Shown one piece after another: positions 1-10,054 of a DNA stretch of 64,000 nt. Position 1 is the stretch's first letter; the number at the start of each line of letters is the position of its first letter. The DNA is from Candidatus Marinacidobacterium sp. (GTDB taxonomy: Bacteria; Acidobacteriota; Vicinamibacteria; Marinacidobacterales; Marinacidobacteraceae): NCBI GenBank assembly GCA_965204755.1, contig OZ242011.1:3232001-3296000 (forward strand), given 5' to 3'. The notes beneath the pieces were generated by a model, which did not search any database, was not told where the DNA came from, and saw only the letters and a list, made by a program, of their open reading frames with translations. The translations under genes and the position numbers were made by a program.

Positions 1-544
1 CTCGGTTGAAGGAACTGCGCCAGCGCGCGCCGCCGTGGACGAGTTGGTTGCGGAGCGTGTAGAGGCGCCGGAAGAGGGTGATCAGGATTTTCTTGGTGTT
101 CCGTTCCCGCAACTCGAATTCCAGTTGGCGCTGGACATCCGTGAACCGCGTCTTCCAGCGGCCGGTTCCGCGCTGCCCGTGCGTGGAGTCCCAGAACGGC
201 CCGAACAGGTACTCGTTCGCGAAGAGGGAAGTGACCGTGTCTCGGAGGTCCCCCCACAGCGCTGCTTCGATGGCGCGGTCTTCGTCCAGGGACAGGAGTG
301 TTTCGAGGTACTTCTCGAACGCGCCGCGCTCCGATAGCCTCTCGTCGGAGAAGTCCCGGGAGATGTCCCTCGCATAGGCCGCGTTGAAGGCGATCCAGTA
401 GAGGAGGAAGGCCAAGTCGGGATCGTCCCCGTCCCGCGCCGTCTCGGCGCGTTCCATCCAGGTGTCGGCTCGGCGAAGGCGCACCGAGAAGGAGTGGAGC
501 GGCTCGCCCCTCTGGGCGGGCGCTTCGCCAGAGTCCGAGATCAT
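1..544 (-). CDS. HEPN-domain protein (putative RNase), partial, runs off the window start; paralog of 541..1212
   Basis: Not in the ORF track. Manual translation from ATG at 544 (ATGA overlap with the upstream stop) gives RLRRADTW...DLAFLLYWIAFNAAY...LFRRLYTLRNQLVHGGARWRSSFNR, with HEPN RxxxxH motif RNQLVH. Confidence 0.8.
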   Translation of the reverse strand, partial: MISDSGEAPAQRGEPLHSFSVRLRRADTWMERAETARDGDDPDLAFLLYWIAFNAAYARDISRDFSDERLSERGAFEKYLETLLSLDEDRAIEAALWGDLRDTVTSLFANEYLFGPFWDSTHGQRGTGRWKTRFTDVQRQLEFELRERNTKKILITLFRRLYTLRNQLVHGGARWRSSFNR

Positions 545-1212
545 TCCGGATTCATTTTCCCTTGAAGTCCGGGACGGTAATAGGGAATGCCCCACTGCTC
601 CCCTCGGTGCTGCCGAATGATTCGGACGAAGGCCGGAACCAAGTGCGCCATGATGGGGAGGCCGTGTTCGACGGAACTACGGTTGTACCGACTCTTCCAA
701 GTCGCGCCGCCGTGGACGATCTGGTTGCGTAGCGTGGCCAAGCGCTGGAACAACAGGGAAAGAAGCGTCTTGGCGCGGACCTTCGGGGCCCGGCGCGTGG
801 CGTTTCTCACGCTGGCGAGTTGATCGTCGAACCGCTGCCGCCAGTTCTCGTTCCCCTTTCTGCCGTTTACGAAGTACCAATATCTCTTGAAGAGATACTT
901 GTTGTTCAAGATCTCATGCATGGGACCGGTGAATTTCTCCAACGCGCGGACGATCTCACCGTTATCGTCGAAGCGCAGAACCTGCGCGAAGCACTTGTGA
1001 AATTCCCGGTGAGTATTCGGAGACTCCGAGTCGTCGGTCGCGAAGGCGGCGTTGAACGCAATCCAGTAGAGGACGAAGGCGACATCCCAGTGGCCCGAAG
1101 ACAGGTCGCCTGATTGGTGCGCCCTTCTGGCGCACGCGAGCCAAGATTCAGCGCGGCGGAGCCGCGTCTCGATGTTGCTGAAGTAGGACGAATCGTCGTA
1201 GTCGATCGTCAT
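541..1212 (-). CDS. HEPN-domain protein (putative RNase), 223 aa
   Basis: C-terminal part of ORF 541..2835 from MTIDYDD; AFVLYWIAFNAAF and LRNQIVHGGATW (RxxxxH); more AT-rich than flanking genes. Confidence 0.8.
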   Translation of the reverse strand: MTIDYDDSSYFSNIETRLRRAESWLACARRAHQSGDLSSGHWDVAFVLYWIAFNAAFATDDSESPNTHREFHKCFAQVLRFDDNGEIVRALEKFTGPMHEILNNKYLFKRYWYFVNGRKGNENWRQRFDDQLASVRNATRRAPKVRAKTLLSLLFQRLATLRNQIVHGGATWKSRYNRSSVEHGLPIMAHLVPAFVRIIRQHRGEQWGIPYYRPGLQGKMNPE

Positions 1213-1265
1213 GCGGACAGGCGAGGAGGTAGGGTGAGGCGAAGTCCGGCCGGAGGTGTCTGCCG

Positions 1266-3431
1266 CTACTCCACCCCCAAGTGGTGGAGGACGAAGGCCC
1301 AGCGGTCGGCTTCGAGTTCGATGCGCATGGAGACGGGCATTCCGCCGCCGTGGCCGGCGCTCTTCTGGACGCGCAGGAGGACCGGGTCGGCGCCGCCGCC
1401 GTGGACTTCCTGGAGACGGGCGGCGTACTTGAACGAGTGGCCCGGGGCCACCCGGTCGTCGTGGTCGGCGGTGGTCACCAGGGTAGGCGGGAAGTCGGGA
1501 CTGTCCTCGACATTGTGGTACGGGGAGTACGCGCGCAGGACGGGGAACATCTCCGGGTCGTCGGGGCTTCCGTAGTCGGAAGTCCACGCCCAGCCGATGG
1601 TGAAGCGGTGGAAGCGGAGCATGTCCATGACGCCCACGGCGGGGAGGGCGGCGCCGAACAGTTCGGGCCGCTGGTTGAGAACCGCGCCCACCAAGAGGCC
1701 GCCGTTCGAGCCGCCGGCGATGGCGAGCCGGTCGGGCTGCGTCACGGAGTCGTGGATCAGGAATTCGGCGGCGGCGATGAAGTCGTCGAACACATTCTGC
1801 TTGTTCTCGAGCATCCCGCCCCGGTGCCAGGGCTCCCCGTACTCGCCGCCGCCCCGCAGGTTGGCCTGGACATACACGCCGCCACGCTCCAGGAAGACGA
1901 GAGTCGAGGGGTTGAAGGAGGGGCGCAGGCTGATGTTGAAGCCGCCGTAGCCGTAGAGCAGCGTGGGGTTCTCCCCGTCGCGCTGCATGTCCTTCCGGTG
2001 GGTCAGGAACATCGGTACTTCGGTTCCGTCGTCGGAGGAGTAGAACACCTGGTTCGTCTCGTAGTCGTCGAAGTCGAACGGGGCGTCGGGCTCGTAGTGC
2101 GGGGAGACTTCTCCGCTTTCGAGGTCGTAGCGGTACACCGTCGGCGGGGCGAGGAACGACGAGAAGACGAAGTGGAGCGCGTCGTCCGATCTTCCGCCGG
2201 TCAACTGCGAGACCGAGCCGATGCCGGGAAGCGGCGCGTTCCGCTCGAAGGCGCCGTCGAGCGTATGGACGGCCAGCCGGCTCTTCGCGTCGTCGAGGTA
2301 GGCGAGCGCCAGCCGGTCGCCGACGATTCGCGCGCGTTCCAGCGTGTCCTCGTGTTCCGGGACCACTTCCAGCCAGTTCTCCGGCGCCGGCCGCGCGAGG
2401 TTCACGGCGACCACCCGGTAGCGGGGGGCGTCCCGGTCGGTGAGGAAGTAGAACCGGGGGCCGTCGTTCCCCAGGAACTCGTAGGACGCGTCGAACTCGT
2501 CCAGCAGCGGGACGACTTCGCCGGAGAGGTCCGGCGCGCTCCCGCCGCCGAGATCGAGCACTTGGATCCGCTTCCGTTCGTCGGTGCCCTCGCCGACCGT
2601 GAAGACCACATACCGTCCGTCGTCCGAGACTCGGGCGCCGACACCCCATTCCGGCCGGTCGGGCCGGGCGAACACCACCCGGTCGGAGTCCTGCGGCGTC
2701 CCCAACTCGTGGTACCAGACGGTCTGGTTCTCGGTGATTCCCCCCTGCGCGGCGTCCGGATCCGGTTCCGGGTACCGGCTGTAGAAGAACCCGGCGTTGT
2801 CGCGGGTCCACGAGGCGCCGGAGAACTTGATCCACTGCAGTCGGTCGTCGAGATTCCTCCCGCTCTCGACTTCCATCACCCGCAACTCCCGCCAGTCGGA
2901 GCCGGACTCACCGAGGGCATAGGCGAGCAGCGTCCCGTCCTCGGTGAAGGAGGTGGCGCCGAGGCTCACCGTTCCGTCCTCCGAGAGCGAGTTCGGGTCG
3001 AGCAGCGCCTCCCACTCCGCCTGCGGATCCCCGGGATCGCCGAGCCGGTAGAGCACATCCTGATCCTGCAGCCCGTCGTTCGCGCGGACGAACCAGTGCT
3101 CCCCGAACCGGAAGGGGGCGCTCCGCCGCGCGTAGTTCCACAGTTCCGTCAGCCGATCCCGCAGCGCGTCCCGGCCGGGAAGGGAGCGCAGGTGCTCGAA
3201 GGTGACCTCGTTCTGCGCGTCCACCCACTCCAGGACCTCGGGATCGTGGTCGTCTTCGAGCCACCGGTACGGATCCTCGACGGTGACCCCGTGCAGCGTC
3301 TCCGACACGGCCTCCCGGCGCGTGTCCGGGTAGTCGAACCCGCCCCCGCACGCCGCCAGGAGCGCCAGCGCCAGTCCCGGCGCCGCCGCGAGCGACGCGA
3401 GTTCGAGACCGATGGATCGCTTCGATTTCAT
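1266..3431 (-). CDS. Prolyl oligopeptidase (S9A) with lipoprotein signal
   Basis: DPYRWLE, LYGYGGF, NLRGGGEYG, GGSNGG nucleophile, DDRV, AGHG; LLAAC lipobox; purine-rich RBS before ATG 3431. Confidence 0.93.
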   Translation of the reverse strand: MKSKRSIGLELASLAAAPGLALALLAACGGGFDYPDTRREAVSETLHGVTVEDPYRWLEDDHDPEVLEWVDAQNEVTFEHLRSLPGRDALRDRLTELWNYARRSAPFRFGEHWFVRANDGLQDQDVLYRLGDPGDPQAEWEALLDPNSLSEDGTVSLGATSFTEDGTLLAYALGESGSDWRELRVMEVESGRNLDDRLQWIKFSGASWTRDNAGFFYSRYPEPDPDAAQGGITENQTVWYHELGTPQDSDRVVFARPDRPEWGVGARVSDDGRYVVFTVGEGTDERKRIQVLDLGGGSAPDLSGEVVPLLDEFDASYEFLGNDGPRFYFLTDRDAPRYRVVAVNLARPAPENWLEVVPEHEDTLERARIVGDRLALAYLDDAKSRLAVHTLDGAFERNAPLPGIGSVSQLTGGRSDDALHFVFSSFLAPPTVYRYDLESGEVSPHYEPDAPFDFDDYETNQVFYSSDDGTEVPMFLTHRKDMQRDGENPTLLYGYGGFNISLRPSFNPSTLVFLERGGVYVQANLRGGGEYGEPWHRGGMLENKQNVFDDFIAAAEFLIHDSVTQPDRLAIAGGSNGGLLVGAVLNQRPELFGAALPAVGVMDMLRFHRFTIGWAWTSDYGSPDDPEMFPVLRAYSPYHNVEDSPDFPPTLVTTADHDDRVAPGHSFKYAARLQEVHGGGADPVLLRVQKSAGHGGGMPVSMRIELEADRWAFVLHHLGVE

Positions 3432-3465
3432 GATTCCTCTTCCTCTCCCGGATCGGGCCGGGACC

Positions 3466-4797
3466 TCACCGCGCGCCGGGCCAGCGGAGAACGAGCACTT
3501 CTTCACGCAGTCGGTCTTTGGTGGCCGTCGCCGCGCGAGTGCGAAAGAGATCCGTCCGGACGACTTCGTAGCCCAGGGATTCCGCGACGATGCCGAGCAG
3601 TTCGCCGGTGCGGATCAGGACTCGGAAATAGGAGGCTTGGTCGCCGACGACATAGGCGAGGACGGCGCCCGGTTTGAGGACGCGGCGGAGCGCGGCGAAG
3701 TGGCGGGCCATGCCCCCGAAGTAGAGCAGGGTGACGCGGTGGTCGTTGCGCTCGAAGCCGGAGGTCTTGCCGAGTTCCGAGCGGCGCTCCTCGATGAGCC
3801 GGGCGACCTGCTGCACCGGTTCGATGCGCTCGATGAGTCGGTGGTCGTCGTCGGTCTTGTAGACGCTGCGCGTGTTGGAGCGGACGAGGGTCTTCTTCAG
3901 GCCGCGCAGTTCCTCCATGTTCCGGGCGAAGCCGAGCAGGACGGTCTCGAGCCGGGTCGTCCGCGAATAGTCCTTCTCGTTCGGGTACGGCGGGGAAGTG
4001 ATGACGAAGTCCACCGACTCGGGTTCGAGGCGCGCGGGATCGCGGGCGTCGGCGCGATGGACTCGGCCGGCGCCGGAGGAGCGGAGGCGGGAGACGCGGC
4101 GGAGGTCCTCGGCGATTCCGCGAACCCGCGACAGCCAGGAGTCCACGACCGGGGCGTCCTCCTTGAGGTGGCGAACGCCGACTTCCGGGCCGAAATGCAG
4201 GTTGCTGGCATCGTGGACGATCGTCGTCGCGAGCGCCAGCCGCTCATGCCGCGCCGGTTGGCCGGCGCCCGCGGCCTCCTCGTCGAGGGCTTCGAGCAGC
4301 GCGAGCGTCCGGTCGAGAGGACGGGGGCTGATGGAGTCCTTGATGAGCAGGCGTTGCGCGGCGTCGGGAAGCGTCCGCAGGGCGCGCCCGTTGCGCCGCG
4401 CTTCGAGCCGCGCGGCCCGGACCGCGACGCGCTGCGCGCGCCGGACGAGATCCTCCGGCGGCGGAGTCCAGTCGGTCTTGACGCTGCTGGCGAAGTGGGC
4501 CATCGGCATCGCTTCGAGGCCGACGGCGGAAACGCCGAGTTTGCGGCTTTCGACGAGCGTCGTCCCCGTTCCGCAGAACGGGTCCAGGACGACGCTGTCC
4601 TCGTTCGCGCCGAACTCCGAGAGGTACCGGCGGACGAGATGGGCCGGGAACGAGAGGACGAACCGGTACCAGCGGTGGACGGCCGTGTCCTCTTCTCGCA
4701 GCCGGTTGATCGAGGCGCGGGCGTCGGTCGGACCGGGAGCCGGGAGCGTCGGGAAGAGCGTCGGGGTCGGCGCCCGCCGGGCGGCGGTCGAGGGCAC
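3466..4797 (-). CDS. Orphan DNA methyltransferase, probably N4-cytosine (SPPY), motif I before motif IV
   Basis: LDPFCGTGTT (SAM binding) and VITSPPYPNEKDY; start uncertain (GTG 4797); no adjacent endonuclease. Confidence 0.85.
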   Translation of the reverse strand: MPSTAARRAPTPTLFPTLPAPGPTDARASINRLREEDTAVHRWYRFVLSFPAHLVRRYLSEFGANEDSVVLDPFCGTGTTLVESRKLGVSAVGLEAMPMAHFASSVKTDWTPPPEDLVRRAQRVAVRAARLEARRNGRALRTLPDAAQRLLIKDSISPRPLDRTLALLEALDEEAAGAGQPARHERLALATTIVHDASNLHFGPEVGVRHLKEDAPVVDSWLSRVRGIAEDLRRVSRLRSSGAGRVHRADARDPARLEPESVDFVITSPPYPNEKDYSRTTRLETVLLGFARNMEELRGLKKTLVRSNTRSVYKTDDDHRLIERIEPVQQVARLIEERRSELGKTSGFERNDHRVTLLYFGGMARHFAALRRVLKPGAVLAYVVGDQASYFRVLIRTGELLGIVAESLGYEVVRTDLFRTRAATATKDRLREEVLVLRWPGAR

Positions 4798-4814
4798 GCG
4801 GCTGCCGGGGGAGG

Positions 4815-7800
4815 TCAGCGGGCGGAGGCGCCCGGCGGGGGAGGGGTGTCCTGCGTCCAGAACGGTTCGTACGGCGGGCGTTCCACCGGCCAGATCTGCG
4901 CCATGGTGTTCGCGTCGAACAGTTCGCCGTTCCGCATCACGAACCGCACCGAGTTGGTGTTGCGGAGGTCTTCCAGCGGGTTCTCGTCGAGCACCTGGAG
5001 GTCGGCGAGTTTTCCGGGAGCGAGCGAGCCGAGATCCTCGGCGAGCCCGATGGCTTCGGCGCCGAAGAGGGTGGCGGCGATGAGGGTCTCGTGTTCGGAC
5101 AGCCCGCCGGAGCCCATCGCCCAGATCTCCCAGTGGGCGCCCAGCCCCTGGAGTTGGCCGTGGCTTCCGAGGGCGCATCGCCCGCCGGCGCGGATGACCC
5201 GCGTGCAGCCTTCGGCGATGCCGGCGTGGACATATTCCTCGGGGAGGAACCATTGGCCGCGCCGCCGCACCATGTTGTCCAGGATCGCGGCGGGGATGAA
5301 GCGCGCGAGTTTCTCGTCGCCGGCGACATCGGTGTTCTGGAAGTAGTAGTTCTCCGACCAGGGGCCGCCGTAGGCCACCAGGATCGTGGGCGTGTAGTAG
5401 GTCTTCGTCCGCGCCACATACTGCGCCACATCGTCGTAGATCGGGATGATCGGCAGGCTGTGTTCGTTGCCGGAGTACCCGTCGGCCATCTGCGTGAGGT
5501 CGAGTTTCAGGTCGAGCGCGCCTTCGGTCGTCGGCGTCAGCCGGTGCTTCGCCGAGGCGAGCGCCACCCATTGGCGGACGATCCGGTCGCCGACGACATA
5601 CTGCTTGACGGTCATCGAGTCGTAGGACTCGGCGTATCGCTTCAGGAAGAGGTCGGCGGCCTCTTCGTCGTAGACGCCCGACCGCGAGAAGATGCCCGGC
5701 CCGGTGGCGTAGATGCGCGGCGCGGTGATCCGTCCGATCTCCTGCAGGTCGCGGTAGGCGAAGACATCGGCGGTGGAAGTCTGCGGATCCCGAGTCGTGG
5801 TGACGCCGTAGGCGAGGTTCGCGAGGTGCTGGAAGACCTGCCGCTGGTGCACGCCGCGCGGCGCCCACATGTGCGCGTGGGCGTCCACATACCCCGGCAG
5901 CACGGTCTTGCCGGAGACATCGAAGACCCGGGCGCCTTCGGGCGCTTCGAGTACGGCGCCGACCGCGCGGATGCGGTTGTCTTCGACGAGCACATCGCCG
6001 CCGGCGATCACTTCCTCGCCCTCCATGGTGATGACCCGCGCGGCGTTTCGCAGCAGGATCGTCCCCTCGGGACGGGCGCGCGGCTCGGTTACCAGTGCGG
6101 TGAAGACCTCGCCGTCCGGCGCGGAACGGTGTTCGCCGTCTTCGCGCTCCTCTCCCTCGCCGCGCTCCGCGTCCTCGTCGCCGTCTTCATGCGCGGCTTC
6201 GTCCGCGTCCGCCGCGGCGGCGATGATGGAAGCGATCGGACGGCGGTGGATCCGGTTGCCGAGCGACCAGACCACGGCGTCCCCGGCGGCGCTCCACGAA
6301 AGGTGGCTTCCCCCCTCCGGCGCCGCCTCGCGCACCGGCGCCGGCGTTTCGCCGCCGCCGACCTCGATTTCCAGGGTCTTTCCGCCGGCGGCGGGCGTCT
6401 CGACCAGGTAGTGCCTGTTCTGCAACTCGAAGAACGCCCGGCTCCCGTCCGGGGAGAGGACGATCTGGCTGGCCGGCGGCGGGTTACGCCCGGCGCCGCG
6501 CCCGGTGACCTTCAGATGGGTTCGCCGGTCGGCGCCGTCGAGCCGCAGCGAGTAGAGCCCCTCGCGACCGGTCAGGTACACGCGGTCGGGTTCCGCCGCG
6601 AAATGCGGGAATCGGCCGCCCTCCGCCGGGCCGATCACCACCGGGTCGGCCGGCGCGCCGGACGCCGTAACGAGCAGGAGTTCGCTGAGTTCGGCCGGGC
6701 GCATACCGCCGATCTCTTCCTCCTCGCCGTAGAGGTCGGTGCGCCCGAACGCTGCCCGCAGGTAGGAGTAGAGATGCTCCTTGACCGGCGCCCGGCGGAC
6801 GACGATCCGGTCGCCGTCCGGCGTCCAGACCGGTTCGGCGTAGAACGCCGGCGTCTGCGTCCGGGCGGTTCCGCTGCCGCCGGCCGCGGGGACGGTCATC
6901 ACCTGGCCGCCGTCGCCCGACCAGGTCACATAGGCGACGGCGGCGCCGTCGGGTGACCAGGCGGGCATGAACTCGTCTTCGTCCGAGTCGGTGAGCCGCA
7001 CCGGCGCCCCGCCGGGCAACTCCATCCGGTAGAGGCGGCTGAACGCCGAGAACACCGCCGCGCTCCCGTCCGGCGAAATCCGCGGCCAGCGCACGATCCG
7101 CGCGGTTACCGCGTCGCCGTCGTCCACCCGGCGGGGGTAGTAGAGCCGGGGAGCGACTTCCGCCCGCACTTCCGCCCGGAACGGAATCTCGGTCATCGCT
7201 CCGGTGTCGAACTCGATGCGGAAGATCCCGCCGTTCACCGGCGCGATCAGCGCATCGCCCTCCGGCGTGAAGGCGTAACCGGGCATGGTGTCGCGGCTGG
7301 CGCGCGACTCCTGGTCGTCCCGGGTCACGCCGTTCACCAGCCATCTTTCCTCGCCGGACTCCAGGTCGCGTACGCGGAGCGCGGTGTTCGTCCGGTGCCG
7401 GGTGGCGTACGCCAAGTGGTTGCCGTCGGGGCTCAGCAGCGGGCGCATGGCGCTGCCCGGGGCGCTGGTGATCGTGGTCTCTTCGCCGGTCTTCCGGTCG
7501 AAACGCACGACCTGCCAGATGGGGAACTGCGCGTTGTAGTTGAAGGTTCCGCGCCGCTCCGAGAAATAGACGAACCGGCCGTCCGGGGAGGCGACCGCGC
7601 CCAGGCGATTCACCGGTTGCGGCCCGCCGCCGCCCGGAGTCGGCTCCGGCGGCGCGTCGCCGAGTCGGATGCCGGATCCCCCGTCCCGGTGGATCAGGAA
7701 GACCGAAGCGGTCCGCTCCGGCGGGCGCGAACGCGAGACCAGCAGGTAGTCCCCGTCCGCCGTCCAACTCGGGGAAACCATGAGTTGGGGGCGGTCCCGG

Positions 7801-8255
7801 GTGGGCTTGTCCTCGGTCACCGCGCGGGGGTTCGTCCCGTCGGCATCGGCGATCCAGAGGTTCTCCACGCCGCTGCGGTCGCTGAGGTAAGCGATTTCGC
7901 CGCCGTCCGGGGAATAGACCGGTTGGCTCTCGAAGGAGATGCCGCCGACGATCCGGGTTGCGTCGCCGCCGGTGATCGGCAGGGTGTAGAGGTCGCCGAG
8001 CAACTCGAAGACGATGGTCTGCCCGTCGGGAGACACATCGAGCGACATCCAGGTCCCCTCGGTAACGGTGAACTCGAGGGTCTCCGACGCGGCGAGCGGA
8101 AGTCCTTCGTCCTTTCCGTCCGAGTCGGCGTGGTCTTCGTCCGCGTCCTGCGGGGCGAAGGGGGAGGCCGCGGCGGGCGGCGCCGGGAGGAGGAGACCGA
8201 AGAGCGCGAGGGCGAGGAGCCCCGCGCGGCGGTGTTTCGAGAGGGCGCGGGGCAT
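4815..8255 (-). CDS. Secreted amidohydrolase with N-terminal TolB-like (PD40) beta-propellers
   Basis: Signal peptide; repeated SPDG motifs; PGYVDAHAH, YGVTT, GKLADL amidohydrolase motifs. Confidence 0.88.
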   Translation of the reverse strand: MPRALSKHRRAGLLALALFGLLLPAPPAAASPFAPQDADEDHADSDGKDEGLPLAASETLEFTVTEGTWMSLDVSPDGQTIVFELLGDLYTLPITGGDATRIVGGISFESQPVYSPDGGEIAYLSDRSGVENLWIADADGTNPRAVTEDKPTRDRPQLMVSPSWTADGDYLLVSRSRPPERTASVFLIHRDGGSGIRLGDAPPEPTPGGGGPQPVNRLGAVASPDGRFVYFSERRGTFNYNAQFPIWQVVRFDRKTGEETTITSAPGSAMRPLLSPDGNHLAYATRHRTNTALRVRDLESGEERWLVNGVTRDDQESRASRDTMPGYAFTPEGDALIAPVNGGIFRIEFDTGAMTEIPFRAEVRAEVAPRLYYPRRVDDGDAVTARIVRWPRISPDGSAAVFSAFSRLYRMELPGGAPVRLTDSDEDEFMPAWSPDGAAVAYVTWSGDGGQVMTVPAAGGSGTARTQTPAFYAEPVWTPDGDRIVVRRAPVKEHLYSYLRAAFGRTDLYGEEEEIGGMRPAELSELLLVTASGAPADPVVIGPAEGGRFPHFAAEPDRVYLTGREGLYSLRLDGADRRTHLKVTGRGAGRNPPPASQIVLSPDGSRAFFELQNRHYLVETPAAGGKTLEIEVGGGETPAPVREAAPEGGSHLSWSAAGDAVVWSLGNRIHRRPIASIIAAAADADEAAHEDGDEDAERGEGEEREDGEHRSAPDGEVFTALVTEPRARPEGTILLRNAARVITMEGEEVIAGGDVLVEDNRIRAVGAVLEAPEGARVFDVSGKTVLPGYVDAHAHMWAPRGVHQRQVFQHLANLAYGVTTTRDPQTSTADVFAYRDLQEIGRITAPRIYATGPGIFSRSGVYDEEAADLFLKRYAESYDSMTVKQYVVGDRIVRQWVALASAKHRLTPTTEGALDLKLDLTQMADGYSGNEHSLPIIPIYDDVAQYVARTKTYYTPTILVAYGGPWSENYYFQNTDVAGDEKLARFIPAAILDNMVRRRGQWFLPEEYVHAGIAEGCTRVIRAGGRCALGSHGQLQGLGAHWEIWAMGSGGLSEHETLIAATLFGAEAIGLAEDLGSLAPGKLADLQVLDENPLEDLRNTNSVRFVMRNGELFDANTMAQIWPVERPPYEPFWTQDTPPPPGASAR

Positions 8256-8313
8256 GGCGTTCGATTCTAGTGGCCGGTCGGCGGGCCGGCTCCGGGCCGA
8301 GTCGCGGCCGGAT

Positions 8314-9957
8314 TCAGCCGGTCGTCACCGCCCCGCGGCTGGCGGAGGCGACGGTCTTCGCGTACTTGGCGAGCGCGCCGGTGCGGAAGAGCGGGGCGGG
8401 GGGCGCCGGGCGGCGGGACTCCGCGCCGGTCATCTCCACTTCGATCGCGCGCGCGTCCAGGTCGATCGTGATCCGGTCCCCGTCCCGCGCGAGGGCGATC
8501 GGGCCTCCGGCGGCGGCTTCCGGGGCGACATGGCCGACCATGAAGCCGTGGGTCGCGCCGCTGAACCGGCCGTCGGTGACCAGCGCCACGCTGTCCCCCA
8601 GCCCCCGGCCGATCACCGCGGCGGTGACGCCGAGCATCTCCCGCATTCCCGGGCCGCCGCGCGGCCCCTCGTAACGGATCACGATCACATCGCCGGCGGC
8701 GATGCGCCCTTCCTGGACCGCGGCGAAGGCGTCCTCCTCGGAGTCGAAGACGCGGGCCGGGCCTTCGTGCCGGGTGCGCTCGTGGCCGGCCAACTTGAGC
8801 ACGCAGCCGTCGGGGGCGAGCGAGCCCTTGAGGATGGCCAGTCCGCCCCGGGACTTCAGCGGGCGGCCGGCCGGGCGGATGACTTCCTGGCTTTCGGTTT
8901 CTTCCGCGGCGTCGGCGAGTTCGAAGAGGGAGTCGCCGGAGACCGTCGGCGTCTCGGTGAGCCGGCCCAGCGCCCGCAGGCGGGCGGCCAGCAGGCGCAT
9001 CCCGCCGGCGGCTTCCATTTCCGGCGCGGTGAACCGGCCGCCGGGTTTCAGGTCGGCGAGCACCGGGGTGGCGGCGCCGATCTCGTCGAAGTCCTCGATG
9101 GTGAGGGCGCTGCCGGCTTCGTGGGCGATGGCGAGCAGGTGCAGCACCGCGTTCGTGGAGCCGGCGGTGGCGGAGACCGCGGTGTAGGCGTTACGGAGCG
9201 CTTCCCGCGAAAGGAACTCGCGGGCCGCGCGGCCTTCGGCGAGGAGCGCCATGACCCGCTCGCCGGCGGCGCGCGCCGCTTCGGCCTTGCGCGGGCTCAT
9301 CGCCGGGATCTCGTTCCCGGTCATCGGGGAGATACCGAGGAAGGCGGTCGCGAGGGACATGGTGTTCGCGGTGAACTGTCCGCCGCAGGCGCCCGCGCCG
9401 GGGCAGGCGGCGGCTTCGAGTTCGGCGAGTTCGGCCTCGCTCATGGTTCCGGCGGCGTGGGCGCCGACCGCCTCGAAGACATCCTGGATGGTCACCGACC
9501 GGCCCCGGTAGATCCCGGGGGCGATGGAGCCGCCGTAGAGCATCAACGAGGGCAGGTCGAGCCGCGCGAGCGCCATCACCGTTCCCGGGATCGTCTTGTC
9601 GCAGCCGGAGATGGCCACCACGGCGTCGAGCAGGTGGCCGCGGGCGACGAGTTCGATGGAGTCGGCGACCACTTCGCGGGAGACCAGCGAAGCGCGCATC
9701 CCCGACGAACCCATGGCGATGGCGTCGGAGACGACGATGGTGTTGAACTCGAGCGGCGTTCCCCCGGCGGCGCGCACTCCCGCCTTCACCGCTTCGGCCA
9801 ACTCGCGCAGGTGGCTGTTGCAGGGAGTGATCTCCGTCCAGGTGTTGGCGATGCCGACCAGCGGCCGGGCGATCGCGGCCTCGTCGAGTCCGGTCGCCCG
9901 CAGCATCGCCCGCGCGGGGGCGCGCGCCGGGCCGGTCTTCACTTCGTCGCTTCGCAT
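8314..9957 (-). CDS. ilvD: Dihydroxy-acid dehydratase
   Basis: PCNSHL, GCDKTIPG, CGGQFTANTM, GSTNAVLH, YEGPRGGPGMREML, TDGRFSG. Confidence 0.96.
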   Translation of the reverse strand: MRSDEVKTGPARAPARAMLRATGLDEAAIARPLVGIANTWTEITPCNSHLRELAEAVKAGVRAAGGTPLEFNTIVVSDAIAMGSSGMRASLVSREVVADSIELVARGHLLDAVVAISGCDKTIPGTVMALARLDLPSLMLYGGSIAPGIYRGRSVTIQDVFEAVGAHAAGTMSEAELAELEAAACPGAGACGGQFTANTMSLATAFLGISPMTGNEIPAMSPRKAEAARAAGERVMALLAEGRAAREFLSREALRNAYTAVSATAGSTNAVLHLLAIAHEAGSALTIEDFDEIGAATPVLADLKPGGRFTAPEMEAAGGMRLLAARLRALGRLTETPTVSGDSLFELADAAEETESQEVIRPAGRPLKSRGGLAILKGSLAPDGCVLKLAGHERTRHEGPARVFDSEEDAFAAVQEGRIAAGDVIVIRYEGPRGGPGMREMLGVTAAVIGRGLGDSVALVTDGRFSGATHGFMVGHVAPEAAAGGPIALARDGDRITIDLDARAIEVEMTGAESRRPAPPAPLFRTGALAKYAKTVASASRGAVTTG

Positions 9958-10054
9958 CGGGAGGAGCCCTTTCTTCGTGGTTGTCGCGGTCGGGTTCGGG
10001 CTTTACTTTCTCACAGGCGGCGGCGTTCGGCGTCGGTGTTCGGCGCCGCGCGGT

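Noticed and set aside
541-2835. Apparent long fusion ORFs (541..2835, 3466..5868, 14558..18166, 32707..34800, 36673..40143, 51328..54855)
   Set aside because: Only the C-terminal parts are protein-like; the true starts are internal and often overlap the upstream stop
8267-8270. Rarity of CTAG
   Set aside because: CTAG depletion is widespread in bacteria and not specific to this window
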